64,000 bases of DNA from Planktothrix sp. GU0601_MAG3 (GCA_035193785.1 CP136572.1:736001-800000); one strand, 5' to 3'; positions 44,369 to 56,843 are shown, counted from the stretch's first letter. A program made the numbers and translations. Notes: generated from the sequence alone by a model not told the origin.

Positions 44369-46160
44369 ATGAAAAAAATAAAAGTTGGGATTTTATATTC
44401 ATTGAGCGGAACCATGGCAATGAGCGCAACGCCATTGTTGGAAGCAACCTTAATGGCAATCTCAGAAATTAATGCTCAAGGCGGGATTTTAGGATATGAA
44501 ATTGAACCCGTGATTGAAGATGGCGCTTCCAATATTTCCATCTTTGAAGAAAAAGCTATAAAATTGTTAGGAATTGATCAAGTGGCTACGGTATTTGGCT
44601 GCTGGACATCGACGGCTCGTAAAGCAGTTAAACCGATATTTGAACAGTTTAATATTTTACTCTGGTATCCGGTTCAGTATGAAGGGTTAGAATCTTCTCC
44701 TAATATTTTTTATACGGGTTCCTGTTTAAATCAACAAATTCAACCGGTGATTAGTTGGTCACTCGAAAACCTAGGCAAACGATTTTATTTATTGGGTTCG
44801 GATTATGTATTTCCCCGCACGGCTAACAAATTAGTTAAATCCCTCCTGAAATACGAAGGTGGAAACCGTTGTCGGAGAACAATATTTTCCCTGTGGAGAT
44901 AAAAAATTTACTGATATTGTTGATCAAATTAAACAGATTAAACCCGATGTGGTTTTGAATACGTTAAATGGAGATAGCAATTTTTCCTTTTATAATGCCT
45001 ATTATGATGCAGGAATTGAAGCATCGGAAATACCGATTATGGCGATGAGTATTGCTGAATCAGAAGTTCAGGGAATTGGTAGAGCCAGTATCGGTCACTA
45101 TGCCTGCTGGAGTTATTTTCAAAGTTTAAATACCCCCCATAATCATAAATTTGTGAATAACTTTAAAGCCCTATATGGTCAAGAAAGAGTTACTTCTGAT
45201 CCCATTGAAGCCGCTTATTTTCAAGTTTATCTCTGGAAAAAATCCGTAGAAACTGCCAAAACTTTTGAAACCAATGCGGTGAGAAAAGCTGCTTATTGTC
45301 AAACCTTTTATGCCCCGGGGGGATTAGTTAAAATTGAACCAAATCATCATTTATGGAAAAACTGTTATATTGGCCGTGTTAACGAAATTAAACAGTTTGA
45401 AATTATTTGGAAAAATCCCGATTTAATTAAACCTTTACCCTGGTTAGGAGTAGAGGAATTAAAAAATTTCCCTCAAGCCGATTTAGTCATTGATATGTTA
45501 GCAGAGGTATCCCAAGGGATTCAACACAGTTGTTTATTAGAGCAAAATAGCCTGAGTTTAGAACTGACGATGCGAAAATTACAACTGGAAATTGAAGAAC
45601 GCCAACGGATTGAAATTGCCTTACAAGAGGTCAATAAAGAATTAAAATACATGGCAATTACCGATAGTTTAACTAAACTCTCGAATCGATATTGGTTTAA
45701 TGAATGTATCAAATCCTTATGGCATCAAAATCTACAGAATAAAACCCCCTTAACATTAATTTTATGTGATATTGATTATTTTAAAAATTATAATGACACA
45801 TACGGTCATCAAATGGGAGATTACTGTTTACAACAGGTGGCTCAAGCCATTAAGAAATCCGTGAGAAATAGTTGTGATATTGTCGCTCGTTATGGGGGTG
45901 AAGAATTTGCCGTAATTTTACCCCGCACCACCCTATTTGATGCCTCACAAGTCGCGACTAGAATTAATCAGGAAGTGCAACACCTTCAGATTCCCCATTC
46001 AAACTCTTTAGTTAATGATTATGTCACAGTTAGTTTAGGAGTTGCTAGTCAGATTCCCCTATTAAATTCTTCCCCGGAATCGTTGATTTCTGAATCCGAT
46101 AAGGCCCTTTATCAAGCTAAACATAACGGTAAAAATCAATGGTGTTTACATTATGTTTAA
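44369..46160 (+). CDS. UrtA/AmiC-type ligand-binding domain fused to GGDEF diguanylate cyclase (1 apparent frameshift at 44862-44866)
   Basis: [58 protein letters not shown] and RYGGEEF. Confidence 0.88.
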
Positions 46161-46165
46161 GATTA

Positions 46166-46331
46166 GGGAAACAGGGAACAGGGAACAGGGAATAGGGAAT
46201 AGGGAATAGGGAATAGGCAATAGGGAATGGGGAATTACGAATTACGAATTACGAATTACGAATGGGGAATGGGGAATGGGGAATAGGGAATGGGGAATGG
46301 GGAATGGGGAATGGGGAATAGGGAATAGGGG
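46166..46331. repeat. Mosaic STRR tract (GGGAACA, GGGAATA, GAATTAC, GGGAATG heptamers)
   Basis: Directly visible tandem heptamers between convergent genes. Confidence 0.9.
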
Positions 46332-46395
46332 ATGTTTACTAGCTATAAAATCTTGTGATAATAACCGAAAAATAAATTACTATTCCCTATTTTAT

Positions 46396-47127
46396 TTAAG
46401 CCGAACGTCTTTCTAGCTGTAAGCATTGTTCCGATTGAATTGAATGAATCCAAAGTGGAATAAATGTTTTTAACCATTTTTCTCCTTGCATTCCATACAA
46501 ACGATGTCTTCTTAATTGTTCTATAATAGATTGGCTTCCGGGTAAAGTTAATTGTTCCATGTCCCGTTCAATCCAACGTTGCATTAATGCCCCAGTTATT
46601 TCGGGATGAAACTGAAGACCATAGGCGGTTTTTTCATAACAAAATGCTTGGTTTTTAAAGGTTTTTCCCGTAGCCAATAATACGGCTCCAGAGGGTAGTT
46701 CAAAGCCTTCTTTATGCCAGTGGTAAACATATTCCAAATCGGGAAAATAATCCTGTCCTTCTCTGGTTGGAGTAATAGGAAAATAGCCAATTTCTTGAAT
46801 TTCTTGGGGATGAACAGATACTTTTGCCCCTAAAACTTTGGCAAGGAGTTGCGCCCCCAAACAAATCCCTAAATAGGGTTTTTTCGACTCCAAAACTAAA
46901 GGAATCCAGTTGAGTTCTGTACGAATATGGGGTAAAATATTCTCATCATTGGCACTCATTGCCCCCCCAAAAACTATCACCCCATCATGTTTATCTAAAT
47001 GGCAAGGTAAACTATCCCCGTGACTGGGAAGGCGAATATCGAGTTGATAACCATAGGATGTTAGAATCTGTCCCACCCGTCCCGTCTCGGAAGTGGGTTG
47101 GTGAATAATCACGAGAATATGTTTCAT
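46396..47127 (-). CDS. Class I glutamine amidotransferase-like protein
   Basis: LGICLGAQL nucleophile elbow and QFHPE triad motif. Confidence 0.85.
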   Translation of the reverse strand: MKHILVIIHQPTSETGRVGQILTSYGYQLDIRLPSHGDSLPCHLDKHDGVIVFGGAMSANDENILPHIRTELNWIPLVLESKKPYLGICLGAQLLAKVLGAKVSVHPQEIQEIGYFPITPTREGQDYFPDLEYVYHWHKEGFELPSGAVLLATGKTFKNQAFCYEKTAYGLQFHPEITGALMQRWIERDMEQLTLPGSQSIIEQLRRHRLYGMQGEKWLKTFIPLWIHSIQSEQCLQLERRSA

Positions 47128-47298
47128 GCGCCTAATGATTCCAATAAACTATTCAAACAAACCAGAAGTTAATCTATTATTAAACAATAAAACACTATGG
47201 GTATTTTAATATGGTTTTCCCAGATAATTGTTGTATTTTTTAATACATTTGAGTAAAAAAATAATGATTAATTCCCAGGAAAACTGTTAAAATCTTGA

Positions 47299-48850
47299 TT
47301 AACTCTTTAAGCTGACACCGCTTCGACGTTGATCTCCAGCCCCAAATAACTCTCCATCTGCGGTTCTAACCAAAGTATGAACCCCGCCAAAAAACATATT
47401 TTTTTCCGGCCATAATCTGATTATATCCTGTTCAAATCCATCAAGATTATTAATAATTTCAGGATCAAACCCAGGTTCTATATCCAAGCGATGATTTTCC
47501 CAATGGAATCGAGGGTTACTAACCGCATCTTCCACAGAAAACCGAAAATCAATTAAATTTAATAGGACTTGTAAAATAGCGGTTCTAATCCGATTTGAAC
47601 CGCCAGAACCCATCACCACTTCCGGTTTTCCCTGATTTAATACTAAAGTTGGAGACATCATTGAGGAGATTCTGACATTTTCCGGCCAGAGATGAAATCC
47701 CAGGGGGTTTAGGTCTTCTTCTCCTAACATATTATTAACCATAATTCCCGTTCCCGGGATCATATATCCCGAACCTTCTCCATTAGAAGTTGTGACACTC
47801 GCGGCATTTCCTTCTTGATCCAAAACACTAATATGGGTGGTACTTCCCCACTTATTCACCGGATGAATTAACGGTTGTTGATAACTAGATGCAGAAGATA
47901 AAAAAGTATCCGTAATATTATCTTGATATAAATTACCATCTAACCGATCTGTTCTAGCAATATTAGTTAACTGCATCACGGTTTTTAGAAGTTGTAAATA
48001 TTGGTGACTCCCAAACTCAATCTCACTCAAATTCACAGCCGATAACAACTCTAAAGCAAAAGCAATTAAGGTTTCCCCCCGCACTCGGAGGCGGATTTGT
48101 TAATATGGTTTTTCCCCGATAGTTTATTTTTAACGGTTCCCGTTCAATAACGCTATAATTCTGGAGATCTTCTAGGGTTAAATGTCCCCCCTGTTCTTGA
48201 CAGTCTTTAACTAACTTTTGAGCAATTTCTCCTTGATAAAATTCTGCCCTTCCCCCCGATACCAAACTCTCTAAAGTCTGGGCAAAGTTATTCATAATTA
48301 AGCGATCGCCAGTCTTTAAAATATCACCTTTAGGAGCATAAATTTCCCGTCCCTCCGCCGTAGTTAATAGAATAGGTTGTAACAAATTAGAGAAAGTATA
48401 AGCCTGAAAAGAATTAACTTCTAACCCCTTTTTTGCCAAAGCGATCGCCGGTTCCGCCACCACAGAAAAAGGCAAACGTCCTAGGGTTTTATGAACCCGA
48501 ATTACCCCCGCCCAAACCCCAGGAACCGCCATCGAACCCAAACCAATATGAAATTCCTGGATTATCCTACCAAAATTAACCCCAACCGGATAAAAATTTA
48601 ACTCCGATATCGGACATTTATATCGAGGAGTTTGAGTGAAAAAATCAAATAAAATATTCTGATTAGTATGAGTATGAGCCAATAAAAATCCCCCACCTGC
48701 GAGGGAAGTTAAACCCGGCTCCGTAACACAAGCCGCCAAAATACAAGCCACCGCCGCATCAAAAGCATTACCACCCGCTTCAAAGATTGCCAAACCCGCC
48801 GCCACGGTTTCTGGATGTCCGGCGGCAATTACCCCGTTTGTTTTCTTCAT
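47299..48850 (-). CDS. ggt: Gamma-glutamyltransferase (1 apparent frameshift at 48071-48075)
   Basis: GGNAFDAAVA, GGGF, AVPG, autocatalytic TTHISV, NNMLGE, SSMMSPT, GSGGS, GAGDQRRSG. Confidence 0.9.
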
Positions 48851-49097
48851 ACTTTCTTAAATTTTCGAGGTCAACGATTCAGGATACAATAGATTTTCCA
48901 TCTAAAAAGTTTCAATTCCTCCAATTAAGCGTTTTTAGTATCAAGTTTTTCTTTGCGTACAAGTCAAACCCTCATTTTTTTGAAGTTAAACTTGTTACTG
49001 GACATAGAATTCCTAGCTAAAGAATTTTTAAGTTTTGGATGAGGAACTTCTTACCCGTAAAATAATTCAAGATAACTAAGCACTTTCACCTGCTCCT

Positions 49098-49610
49098 GTG
49101 GCATCAAAACCTTTGAATATGATGGATTCTTTGCGTACCTTACAATTCATGCCTCGACACCCCCTTACTCGTGCTGTGCTAGTGGGACTATTCTCCTGGG
49201 GCGCGGTTATGTTGGGAGTTGTCCCAGATGTTTCATTATCAAAAGCTTCTGGTTTCAATACCGTTGTTCTAGCTCAACAGTCCCCAGAATTTAGCGAGGC
49301 TGAAATTAGGAATTATGCCCGTGCGGTTTTAGGAATTGAACCCAGACGCAAGACTGCATACAACGAAATTCAAGCGGCATTCGGGGCGGGAAAATCTGTT
49401 CCCGATGTGGTTTGCAGTGAAACCCAAAGCATTAATGACCTTGATAAAAATGTTCGAGACATTGCAGTAAATTACTGCACCCAAGCTAAATCCATTATTG
49501 AAACCAACGAGTTAACCATTACTCGTTTCAATGAAATTACCCAACGTCAAAAAGCTGACCCCGCCTTACAAAAACTTATTCAAGGGGAACTCCAGCGTCT
49601 GCAAAACTAA
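49098..49610 (+). CDS. DUF4168-like exported protein
   Basis: EIRNYARAVLGIEPRR...VNYC......IE.NELTITRFNEIT; start uncertain. Confidence 0.7.
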   Translation: MASKPLNMMDSLRTLQFMPRHPLTRAVLVGLFSWGAVMLGVVPDVSLSKASGFNTVVLAQQSPEFSEAEIRNYARAVLGIEPRRKTAYNEIQAAFGAGKSVPDVVCSETQSINDLDKNVRDIAVNYCTQAKSIIETNELTITRFNEITQRQKADPALQKLIQGELQRLQN

Positions 49611-49654
49611 TCTAAGATTTTCTCAAACTTAACTCTATATATGATGAACCTGCT

Positions 49655-50138
49655 ATGAAAACTACATTACTATTTCGTCAAATTCTATCAAAATCCTTAA
49701 CCGTTGCGATTTTATCTGGTTGTGGTGTTTTTATTGGATGGAGTCAAAACCCCTCCCAAGGGTTTCCGGTTTTGACTTGGGGTTCGCCCGCCCAGGCTCA
49801 AGATAGTTTTAATTATAGTGAAGAAACGATTAGAAATTATGCTAAAGCGGCTTTGGCGTTAGAGTCCCGACGCCATGAAGTAGCAAATGAAATTAAAAAA
49901 ATTGTTGGAGATGTTCCCCGAATTATTTGTGACCAACCCACCAGTTTTAATACCTTACCTGGGAAACGCGCCTAAATTAGCCGTTAGTTATTGTGACCAA
50001 GCAAAACGCATTATTGAATCAAAGGGATTAACGATTTCTCAGTTCAATAATATGACCCGTCATCAACAAAATGATCCCCGTTTTAGGCAACGAATTCAAG
50101 CGGAAATTTTAAAGTTATTACAATCAGGCGGAAACTAA
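49655..50138 (+). CDS. DUF4168-like exported protein, tandem paralog (1 apparent frameshift at 49963-49967)
   Basis: IRNYAKAALALESRR...VSYCDQAKRIIESKGLTISQFNNMT, similar to the upstream gene. Confidence 0.7.
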
Positions 50139-50139
50139 T

Positions 50140-50246
50140 CGTTGTTGCGCTTCAGCACATCAAGAGGGGCTAGAGCAACGACAACGAAACCTTTTATTTT
50201 GTTGTTGCGCTTCAGCGCATCCAGAAGGGCTAGAGCAACGACAACG
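50140..50246. repeat. Two copies of an imperfect hairpin repeat
   Basis: GTTGTTGCGCTTCAGC-N~10-GGGCTAGAGCAACGACAACG x2; related half-sites near 33838 and 39560. Confidence 0.75.
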
Positions 50247-50324
50247 ATTTTTTTTAAGATTAATTATAGATACCTAATTACATTAAAATATAGGATGTCT
50301 ATAATAATTTCAAGGATTAAATCA

Positions 50325-50783
50325 ATGACGGAATCGTTTATTAAGTTGGAACAGGATAACGATATTGTAATGTTGGGTAAGGATACATTTACGGTATCGA
50401 GGTTGAAAGAGTTGATGACTGAGAATATGAAGGTTAGACTTTTCTCTGGTCATCCAGAATTATCTGGCCATTCTTTACCTGTTGTATTATGCAAAAATTT
50501 AGAAATAACAGATAAATCAATACAACTGAAATTAAATGAATTTAGATTAGTATTTCCGCCCAACGGAATAGATGGTCAGTTACTTCAGTTAATTTCTGGG
50601 CAGTGGATTTCAGGTAAAATTCGCTTTCAAGTTGATGCAAATAATCAAGGACATATCGTGAATACTGAATTAGAATTTGCTGCTGATGAAATAATACCTA
50701 ACGAAGAAGAACAGAAAAACATTAATTATGATAACAGTTTAGATAAAATTAGAGCAGAATTAAACGAAATGAAAGCTATTTAA
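50325..50783 (+). CDS. KGK domain-like protein
   Basis: DDIV-type N-terminus, GIDGQLLQL...WISGKIRF, SLDKIR C-terminus; upstream ORF extension derives from repeats. Confidence 0.6.
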   Translation: MTESFIKLEQDNDIVMLGKDTFTVSRLKELMTENMKVRLFSGHPELSGHSLPVVLCKNLEITDKSIQLKLNEFRLVFPPNGIDGQLLQLISGQWISGKIRFQVDANNQGHIVNTELEFAADEIIPNEEEQKNINYDNSLDKIRAELNEMKAI

Positions 50784-50849
50784 TTTTGGGTTTGGTATTG
50801 TTTATTAGTGTTAAATTAAGTCTAAAATCTCGGTTTTTATCCTAGACTA

Positions 50850-51057
50850 GATCCCCCCTAACCCCCCTTATTAAGGGGGGATAAGAGCTTCAAATTCCCA
50901 CTTTTTAAGGGGGATTTAGGGGGATCAGAGCTTCAAATTCCCACTTTTTAAGGGGGATTTAGGGGGATCAGAGCTTCAAAGTCCCCCTTTTTAAGGGGGA
51001 TTTAGGGGGATCAGAGCTTCAAAGTCCCCCTTTTTAAGGGGGATTTAGGGGGATCTA
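50850..51057. repeat. Cyanobacterial CCCCC-TTAA-GGGGG palindromic repeat, four ~42-bp tandem units plus an inverted lead copy
   Basis: AGAGCTTCAAA(G/T)TCCC(C/A)CTTTTTAAGGGGGATTTAGGGGGATC repeated four times. Confidence 0.9.
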
Positions 51058-51185
51058 GGGCTAGGATACCCCCACCGTATAAACTCTTGAGTATGTCAAT
51101 AAAATTCAGTCGTAGACAAGCAAAAACCTCTCAAATCCTTTAAAATCAGGTAGAATTTATTCAGTGTGCCGAAGGGGATGAGATC

Positions 51186-52010
51186 ATGAATATTGAATTC
51201 AACGATAAAGCAGATATAGATGTTTTTGGGTTGATGAAACATAACGTGATGTTTGATCAACTCCCCGCAGAAGTTCAACAGTGGGCAGAAAGTTTACCTT
51301 GGAATCAACGTCGTTATGTTCTCTCCCTGTGCTATATTTTATGTGCATCTTCCCCAGAAAAACAAGCAGAATTTTTAGATGAATATACCGCCGATGGTTT
51401 AATGGCGAAGATGTTAGAAGATATTGATACCCTGCAAAGAGTCAAACAATATCTCAATGGTTTTCAAATAAAAGCCCCCTTAAATGAATCGGTTTTACGA
51501 GAGTATATTAGACAATTCTATATTCATTCTGCCCAGGATGCTCGATGCCAACCCAGTCAATATTTAGAGTCTGCTTTAAAATTAGCATTAAGCCCAAAAG
51601 ACAAAGATAATGTTTTTAATTATATTATCGGATTTGAAATGATCAAACTCCTATTTCAAATGAGTTGGGTACAACATGAACGACTATCCCGCCTACAAAC
51701 CAATCAAGACTATTTTATTAAAAATTATATCAAACCGATTCAACACGCCCATAAAGTGAATGGAATTATTGTTCCTAAAGATGAGCGGGTATTTTTTGCC
51801 AAACGGGATTTTTATGTACAAAAACCCGAAATAAAATCGAGGAAATTAATTGAATTAGTCATGGCAACCTTTACCACTATCCAGGTTATTGCTTGTGGAT
51901 TCTCCCTGACTCGTCATAGTCGAGCCTTCGATTTTGATTATGACTATATTTTCAACTCCAATGAACCCGATAGCATTTTTCCTTGGGGTTCGGAATCCAT
52001 GATAGGATAG
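51186..52010 (+). CDS. Conserved cyanobacterial hypothetical protein
   Basis: 274-aa ORF, WAESLPWNQRRYVLSLC...YIRQFYIHSAQD; no catalytic motif recognised. Confidence 0.7.
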   Translation: MNIEFNDKADIDVFGLMKHNVMFDQLPAEVQQWAESLPWNQRRYVLSLCYILCASSPEKQAEFLDEYTADGLMAKMLEDIDTLQRVKQYLNGFQIKAPLNESVLREYIRQFYIHSAQDARCQPSQYLESALKLALSPKDKDNVFNYIIGFEMIKLLFQMSWVQHERLSRLQTNQDYFIKNYIKPIQHAHKVNGIIVPKDERVFFAKRDFYVQKPEIKSRKLIELVMATFTTIQVIACGFSLTRHSRAFDFDYDYIFNSNEPDSIFPWGSESMIG

Positions 52011-52189
52011 AGATAGAGAATGGGAATTATTTTCTAACAACCCAGATCCAATTATTAGCAAACAGTTGATCAACTCTTTTCTAATAACTCTTACCCTGAT
52101 AACTTGTACGGGCGGGTTTTGTGATATTTTTGTTAATCACCTAAATCTCGATGAACCCGCCCCGACTACTGATTACTGATAACTGTACT

Positions 52190-53342
52190 ATGCTTTTATC
52201 CAAAGGTTTTGAAGTAGAAATGTATACCGGAACTCCCCAAGGTGAAGTGGTGGGACTGTCGGATAAAATTGTAGCCGATTTAGAGGGATTTGTCCGCGAA
52301 CCCGATAGTCGCAATGTCGAGTATACAACCGCCCCCCTGTGTAATTATGAGCGATTATTGTGTGCCTTAGTTAGACCGCGGCGGGAACTGCGAAAATATT
52401 TACAAAAGTTGGGGGACTATACGATCATCCCCGGAAGTACCCTACCCCTGGGCGGTACGGAGAAATTTTATCGCTCCGATCCGCAAAATCCCTACCATGA
52501 TTATATTGAACAAACCTATGGTACGGATGTAGTCACGGCCAGTATTCATATCAATGTGGGTATTGCTGACCTCGAACAGTTAATGCGGGCTATTCGTTTA
52601 GTGCGGGTGGAAGCTCCTTTATATTTAGCGATGAGTGCTTCCTCTCCCTTTTTGGGTGGCAAAGTGACCGGGCATCATTCCACCCGTTGGCATCTATTCC
52701 CCAAAACCCCGGCTTTTGTCCCCTTGTTTGAAAGCCATCGCCATTTTATTGACTGGACAGAAACCCAACTGCAACAAAAAACCATGCAGAATGTTCGCCA
52801 CCTATGGTCATCGGTACGACCCAATGGCGATCGCCGTCCCTATAATTTAAACCGTCTGGAAACTGAGAATTTGTGATTTGATGGTTAACCCCATCGCCCT
52901 GTTAGCGATCACAGCATTATTAGAAGCTCGGATCTGGCAAATGCTGGAAAATCCCGATCTTGATCCGTTGCTACGGAGTCAACTACCAGAAAATAGCCGA
53001 GCCCAGGATTTAGTCGAAATTTCAGATCAAAATGAAATTCTAGCGGCCCACCAGAGTTTGGACGCCCAACTGCGTCATTGGAAAGATGGTAGCCTAATTT
53101 CCGCTAGAGATTGGATTGAACAAATTTATGAGGAAGTTTGGCCCATTGCCAAAAAACACGGGTTTAGTTGCTTTCTGTCTCCGGTGAAAAAGCTACTGCG
53201 AGAAGGGTCTACCGCCCAACAGTGGTTAAGGCTGTCGGAACAGGGCCACGATCCTCGCTGGATTATTCAGCAGGCCATTCAGGAGATGGCAACCCAGGAA
53301 AAAGAGTTTGAAGATCAAATTTGTCAACCCCTGATAGCCTGA
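52190..53342 (+). CDS. gshA: Glutamate--cysteine ligase (1 apparent frameshift at 52859-52863)
   Basis: MLLSKGFEVEMYTG, EPDSRNVEYTT, TASIHINVG, HLWSSVRPNG; repair gives NRLELRICDL. Confidence 0.9.
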
Positions 53343-53477
53343 AAATTGGCCGATTATTAGATGAGAATATCTTATCAATAAATTTCTTTACAAAGTATAA
53401 AGAAAAACTATAGATTTGTAACTCATTGGCCGGGTTGCTCCGACCCCAAAACCCTTGTTTTTCTGTATAAATGTCCC

Positions 53478-53939
53478 ATGCCCCACGTTGTCTTAGTTCA
53501 GCCACAAATCCCTCCCAATACCGGAAATATCGCCCGTACCTGTGCAGCAACCTGTACGGAATTACATCTAGTCGGGCCATTGGGATTTGAAATTAGCGAT
53601 CGCTACCTCAAACGAGCCGGATTAGATTATTGGCCCTACGTTAAACTCACCCACCACCCGGATTTCTCCAGCTTTCAAAGCCATCATCAACAACGGGGTG
53701 GCCGTTTGCTGGGGTTTAGTACCAAGGGGGCTTCTAACTATGTCCAGTTCCAGTTTCAAGATTCCGACTGGTTGCTCTTTGGCAGTGAAACCACGGGACT
53801 TTCCCCCGATGTATTGGAGACTTGCACCGCAACAATATATATTCCCATGGCTGAAGCCGGAGTCAGAAGTTTAAATCTCTCCGTGAGTGTTGCCGCCAGT
53901 TTATTTGAGGCACGTCGCCAACTCGGTTATTTAGGGTGA
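53478..53939 (+). CDS. trmL: tRNA (cytidine(34)-2'-O)-methyltransferase
   Basis: PQIPPNTGNIAR, LKRAGLDYW, FGSETTGL and RSLNLS SPOUT motifs. Confidence 0.92.
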   Translation: MPHVVLVQPQIPPNTGNIARTCAATCTELHLVGPLGFEISDRYLKRAGLDYWPYVKLTHHPDFSSFQSHHQQRGGRLLGFSTKGASNYVQFQFQDSDWLLFGSETTGLSPDVLETCTATIYIPMAEAGVRSLNLSVSVAASLFEARRQLGYLG

Positions 53940-54485
53940 AGCCCATCCCTCAAACCTTGATATTGTGTTAATCCCAAAATCTCCCCCAATTAGATAACTT
54001 TTTTTTATAAATGACCGGATTCAATTGTCCCCCGATGGTGATAGATTTTATTCATCTAAACGGGGGGGGTTTTTCTGTTTCAAAAAAAGCCAGAACCCTT
54101 GACTGGCATAGATTTAAACATCTTATTTATCGATTTTGACCCATCTTGCCCACCGATCCCCAGAAATTCACAGCCCCAGATCAGGTGTTGTATTTCTGGT
54201 CGGAACTGGTGTAAATTCTCATCTGAACTCTGGTGACAGAATTCACTTACATTTTAAATATCCTCGACCCTCAAGGGTTATTGTTTATCTATCCTTAGTT
54301 TTCAGGGTTCCTATTTTGATCTAACTTCGGCTTTTCTTGCCGAAATTGAAAAATCAAGGTAATCTGACTTAATCAAGATTATCTTCAGTGATTTCAGTCG
54401 ATAATTAATGTGATTAATTTCACTGATATGAGGTTCTTGAGCGGTTCGAGGACAGTCAGCACGCTTCTCCATAGGAGGTCGTTCT

Positions 54486-56643
54486 TTGAAAGGAACAGTT
54501 CCAAATCATGATCAACCTGTTGTTATGCCTAATTTAGATTCCAATTTAGATCAGACTGCAACAGGCCAGACCAAACAACAGGTCGCATACCCTGGCAGTC
54601 ATAAGGTTTATACCTCCGTCGCATTTCTCGGTTTGGCCGTCGCTTCGGGCATCCTCATGCCTAAAACGAATGATCGAGTCATGGCAACGGAGTTATCCAA
54701 TCCCGAGTCCAATCCGGCGATGCACTCACCTGCACCGATGGCAGCATCGGCTCCAACGGTGGAAAATTCCACATCTAGGGGACAAGCATCCCAAGCAGAT
54801 TGGCAGCCATCTTTATTGCGAAGCCTTTCCAGTCTGAATACAGATGAGAAAGCGACAAATAACCAAAGTGAATCTAGGGATTTAGGGTTAAAAAAACCGG
54901 ATAAGACTAGCGTAGAAGCATTTTCTACACCAGGGTCTCGGCCAAGTGTTAACTCGGAATCGTTACCTGAATCAGCTACCCTGCCGGAATCTACCCCCGG
55001 ATTCAATCAGCAGATTCCTCCTTCTGGGGTTGAAGCCTCGGCAACTCAGGAAATCCTACAGCCATCGGTGGATAGCTCAGGCTCTCCAACTCGCCCTAAT
55101 CAGCAGTGGGAGGCAACCAATGGGGTTTCTAACTCGGTTCATCTTAATTCTTTAGAGACTCTCTCTCAAGGGGGATCTGGAGCATTTGTGCTTCCGAATG
55201 ATCAACCCTACCCAACCGTCTCGGAAGTTTATCAGGTCGGTTCAGGTGATACCTTAGCTCGAATTGCTAAACGGCATAATGTTTCAGTAGATGCCATTAT
55301 CAGGGCAAATCAGCTAACTGATCCTAATGTTCTGAGTGTCAATCAGAGTCTAAAAATTCCTAAGCAACTGGCGAGTAGTTTTTCTAATAGTTTGCCCTCT
55401 GTTGCAACGAATCCATGGCAAGACCCTGAGATTCGTCGAGATGCTAACCCCTCTGCACAACAAGCTGCTGCCACAACAGACTTGGGCTTTTCAGGAGGGA
55501 GATTACCTCAATCCGTGCTTCCGGCAGTTTCTTCCCTCGGAATTCAGAAGTGCCGATTCAGTAGTTGCCGATCTTCCAGGGGAAGATATTACTGATCTGA
55601 GTTCGATTCCCACCCATAGCACTTTAAATCAACTTTCCCTGAACCAACTGGCAAACCGTACTATGAATGCGGTCGATGCTTCTACTCCCATAGCAGCAGC
55701 AGCCGTGGCGATTCCAGTTGATTCAAAATTTTCTTCCCTGTCCGAACAGGAGGCGGTTCAAGAGGTTTCGGTTCGCAAATCAGAAGCCGCCAACAAATTG
55801 TACAGTGATCGCCTGAGATCTGAAGTAGAACGACTGCGCGAGGAGTATCAGGTTCAGAGTGACTATCAGTTGACCAGCGTATCCCTAGAACAAAATGAAC
55901 AGCCCCAGGCTGAGGTTTTGACCTCTAAGAGAAAGGCTTCCGCACATCGTCAAAAACTGATTAATCCTGAGTTTAATCCTCAAGCCTATGCTCCAGAAAA
56001 GGCTAGTCAAGCCGAACAGAACTTGGCCTCGGAACAGTTAGCTCAATTGTCTCCCAATGGCGTGACGTCTCCGGCCGCTCAACTCCAGCCTGCATCCAGA
56101 CGTTCGGTAGTTGCTACTGCCCCCGTTGGTTCTAGGGCTTATGATCCTTTAAGCAATCCGGCTTTGGGTCAGATGGTTTCCCCGCAGTTACCCCCCCTCT
56201 CTGGGCCAGATGTTTATTTACCGAGTGGGTCTATGCGCTTTAATGGCTATATTTGGCCATCATCGGGGGTTCTGAGTTCCGGCTATGGCTGGCGCTGGGG
56301 ACGGATGCACCGGGGAATTGATATTGCTGGGCCGATTGGAACTCCAATTGTCGCCGCCGCTCCGGGGGTAATTTCCTATGCCGGATGGAATGATGGTGGT
56401 TACGGCAATTTAGTCGAAATTGAACATCCCGACGGCAGTTTAACGGTTTACGCCCATAATGATCGCATCTTGGTCAACGAAGGCCAAAAAGTAGCCCAAG
56501 GCGATCAAATTGCGGAAATGGGAACCACCGGTCGCAGTACCGGGCCCCATTTGCACTTTGAAGTCCATCCTAGTGGCCAAGGTGCAGTCAACCCAATCGC
56601 CGTCCTACCTCCAGAAAGTTCTACGGTATCCCAAAATTATTAG
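54486..56643 (+). CDS. LysM + M23 peptidase (NlpD-like; 1 apparent frameshift near 55527-55531)
   Basis: LysM YQVGSGDTLARIA...NQLTDPNVLSVNQSLKIP; M23 HRGIDIA, YAHN, STGPHLHFE. Confidence 0.88.
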
Positions 56644-56644
56644 G

Positions 56645-56843
56645 GTGTTCAGGTGTTGGAATTGAGGTGTTGAGCTTGAGGTGTTGAGCTTGAGGTGTTG
56701 GAATTGAGGTGTTGAGGCTTGGATACTAAGTGAACATATCAACCCCCCTGCCTCCCCCGCCTCCCCTGCTCCCCCTGCCTCCCCTGCCTCCCCTGCCTCC
56801 CCTGCCCCTGCTCCCCCCGCCTCCCCCGCCCCCGCTCCCCCTG
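56645..56843. repeat. Short tandem repeats (GAGGTGTT-based units, then CCCCTGCCT-type STRR)
   Basis: Directly visible. Confidence 0.85.

Noticed and set aside
50850..51057. CRISPR array
   Set aside because: Contiguous tandem units without spacers
53940..54485. ncRNA or riboswitch in the long intergenic region before the LysM/M23 gene
   Set aside because: No RNA family motif recognisable by eye; a covariance-model search would be required
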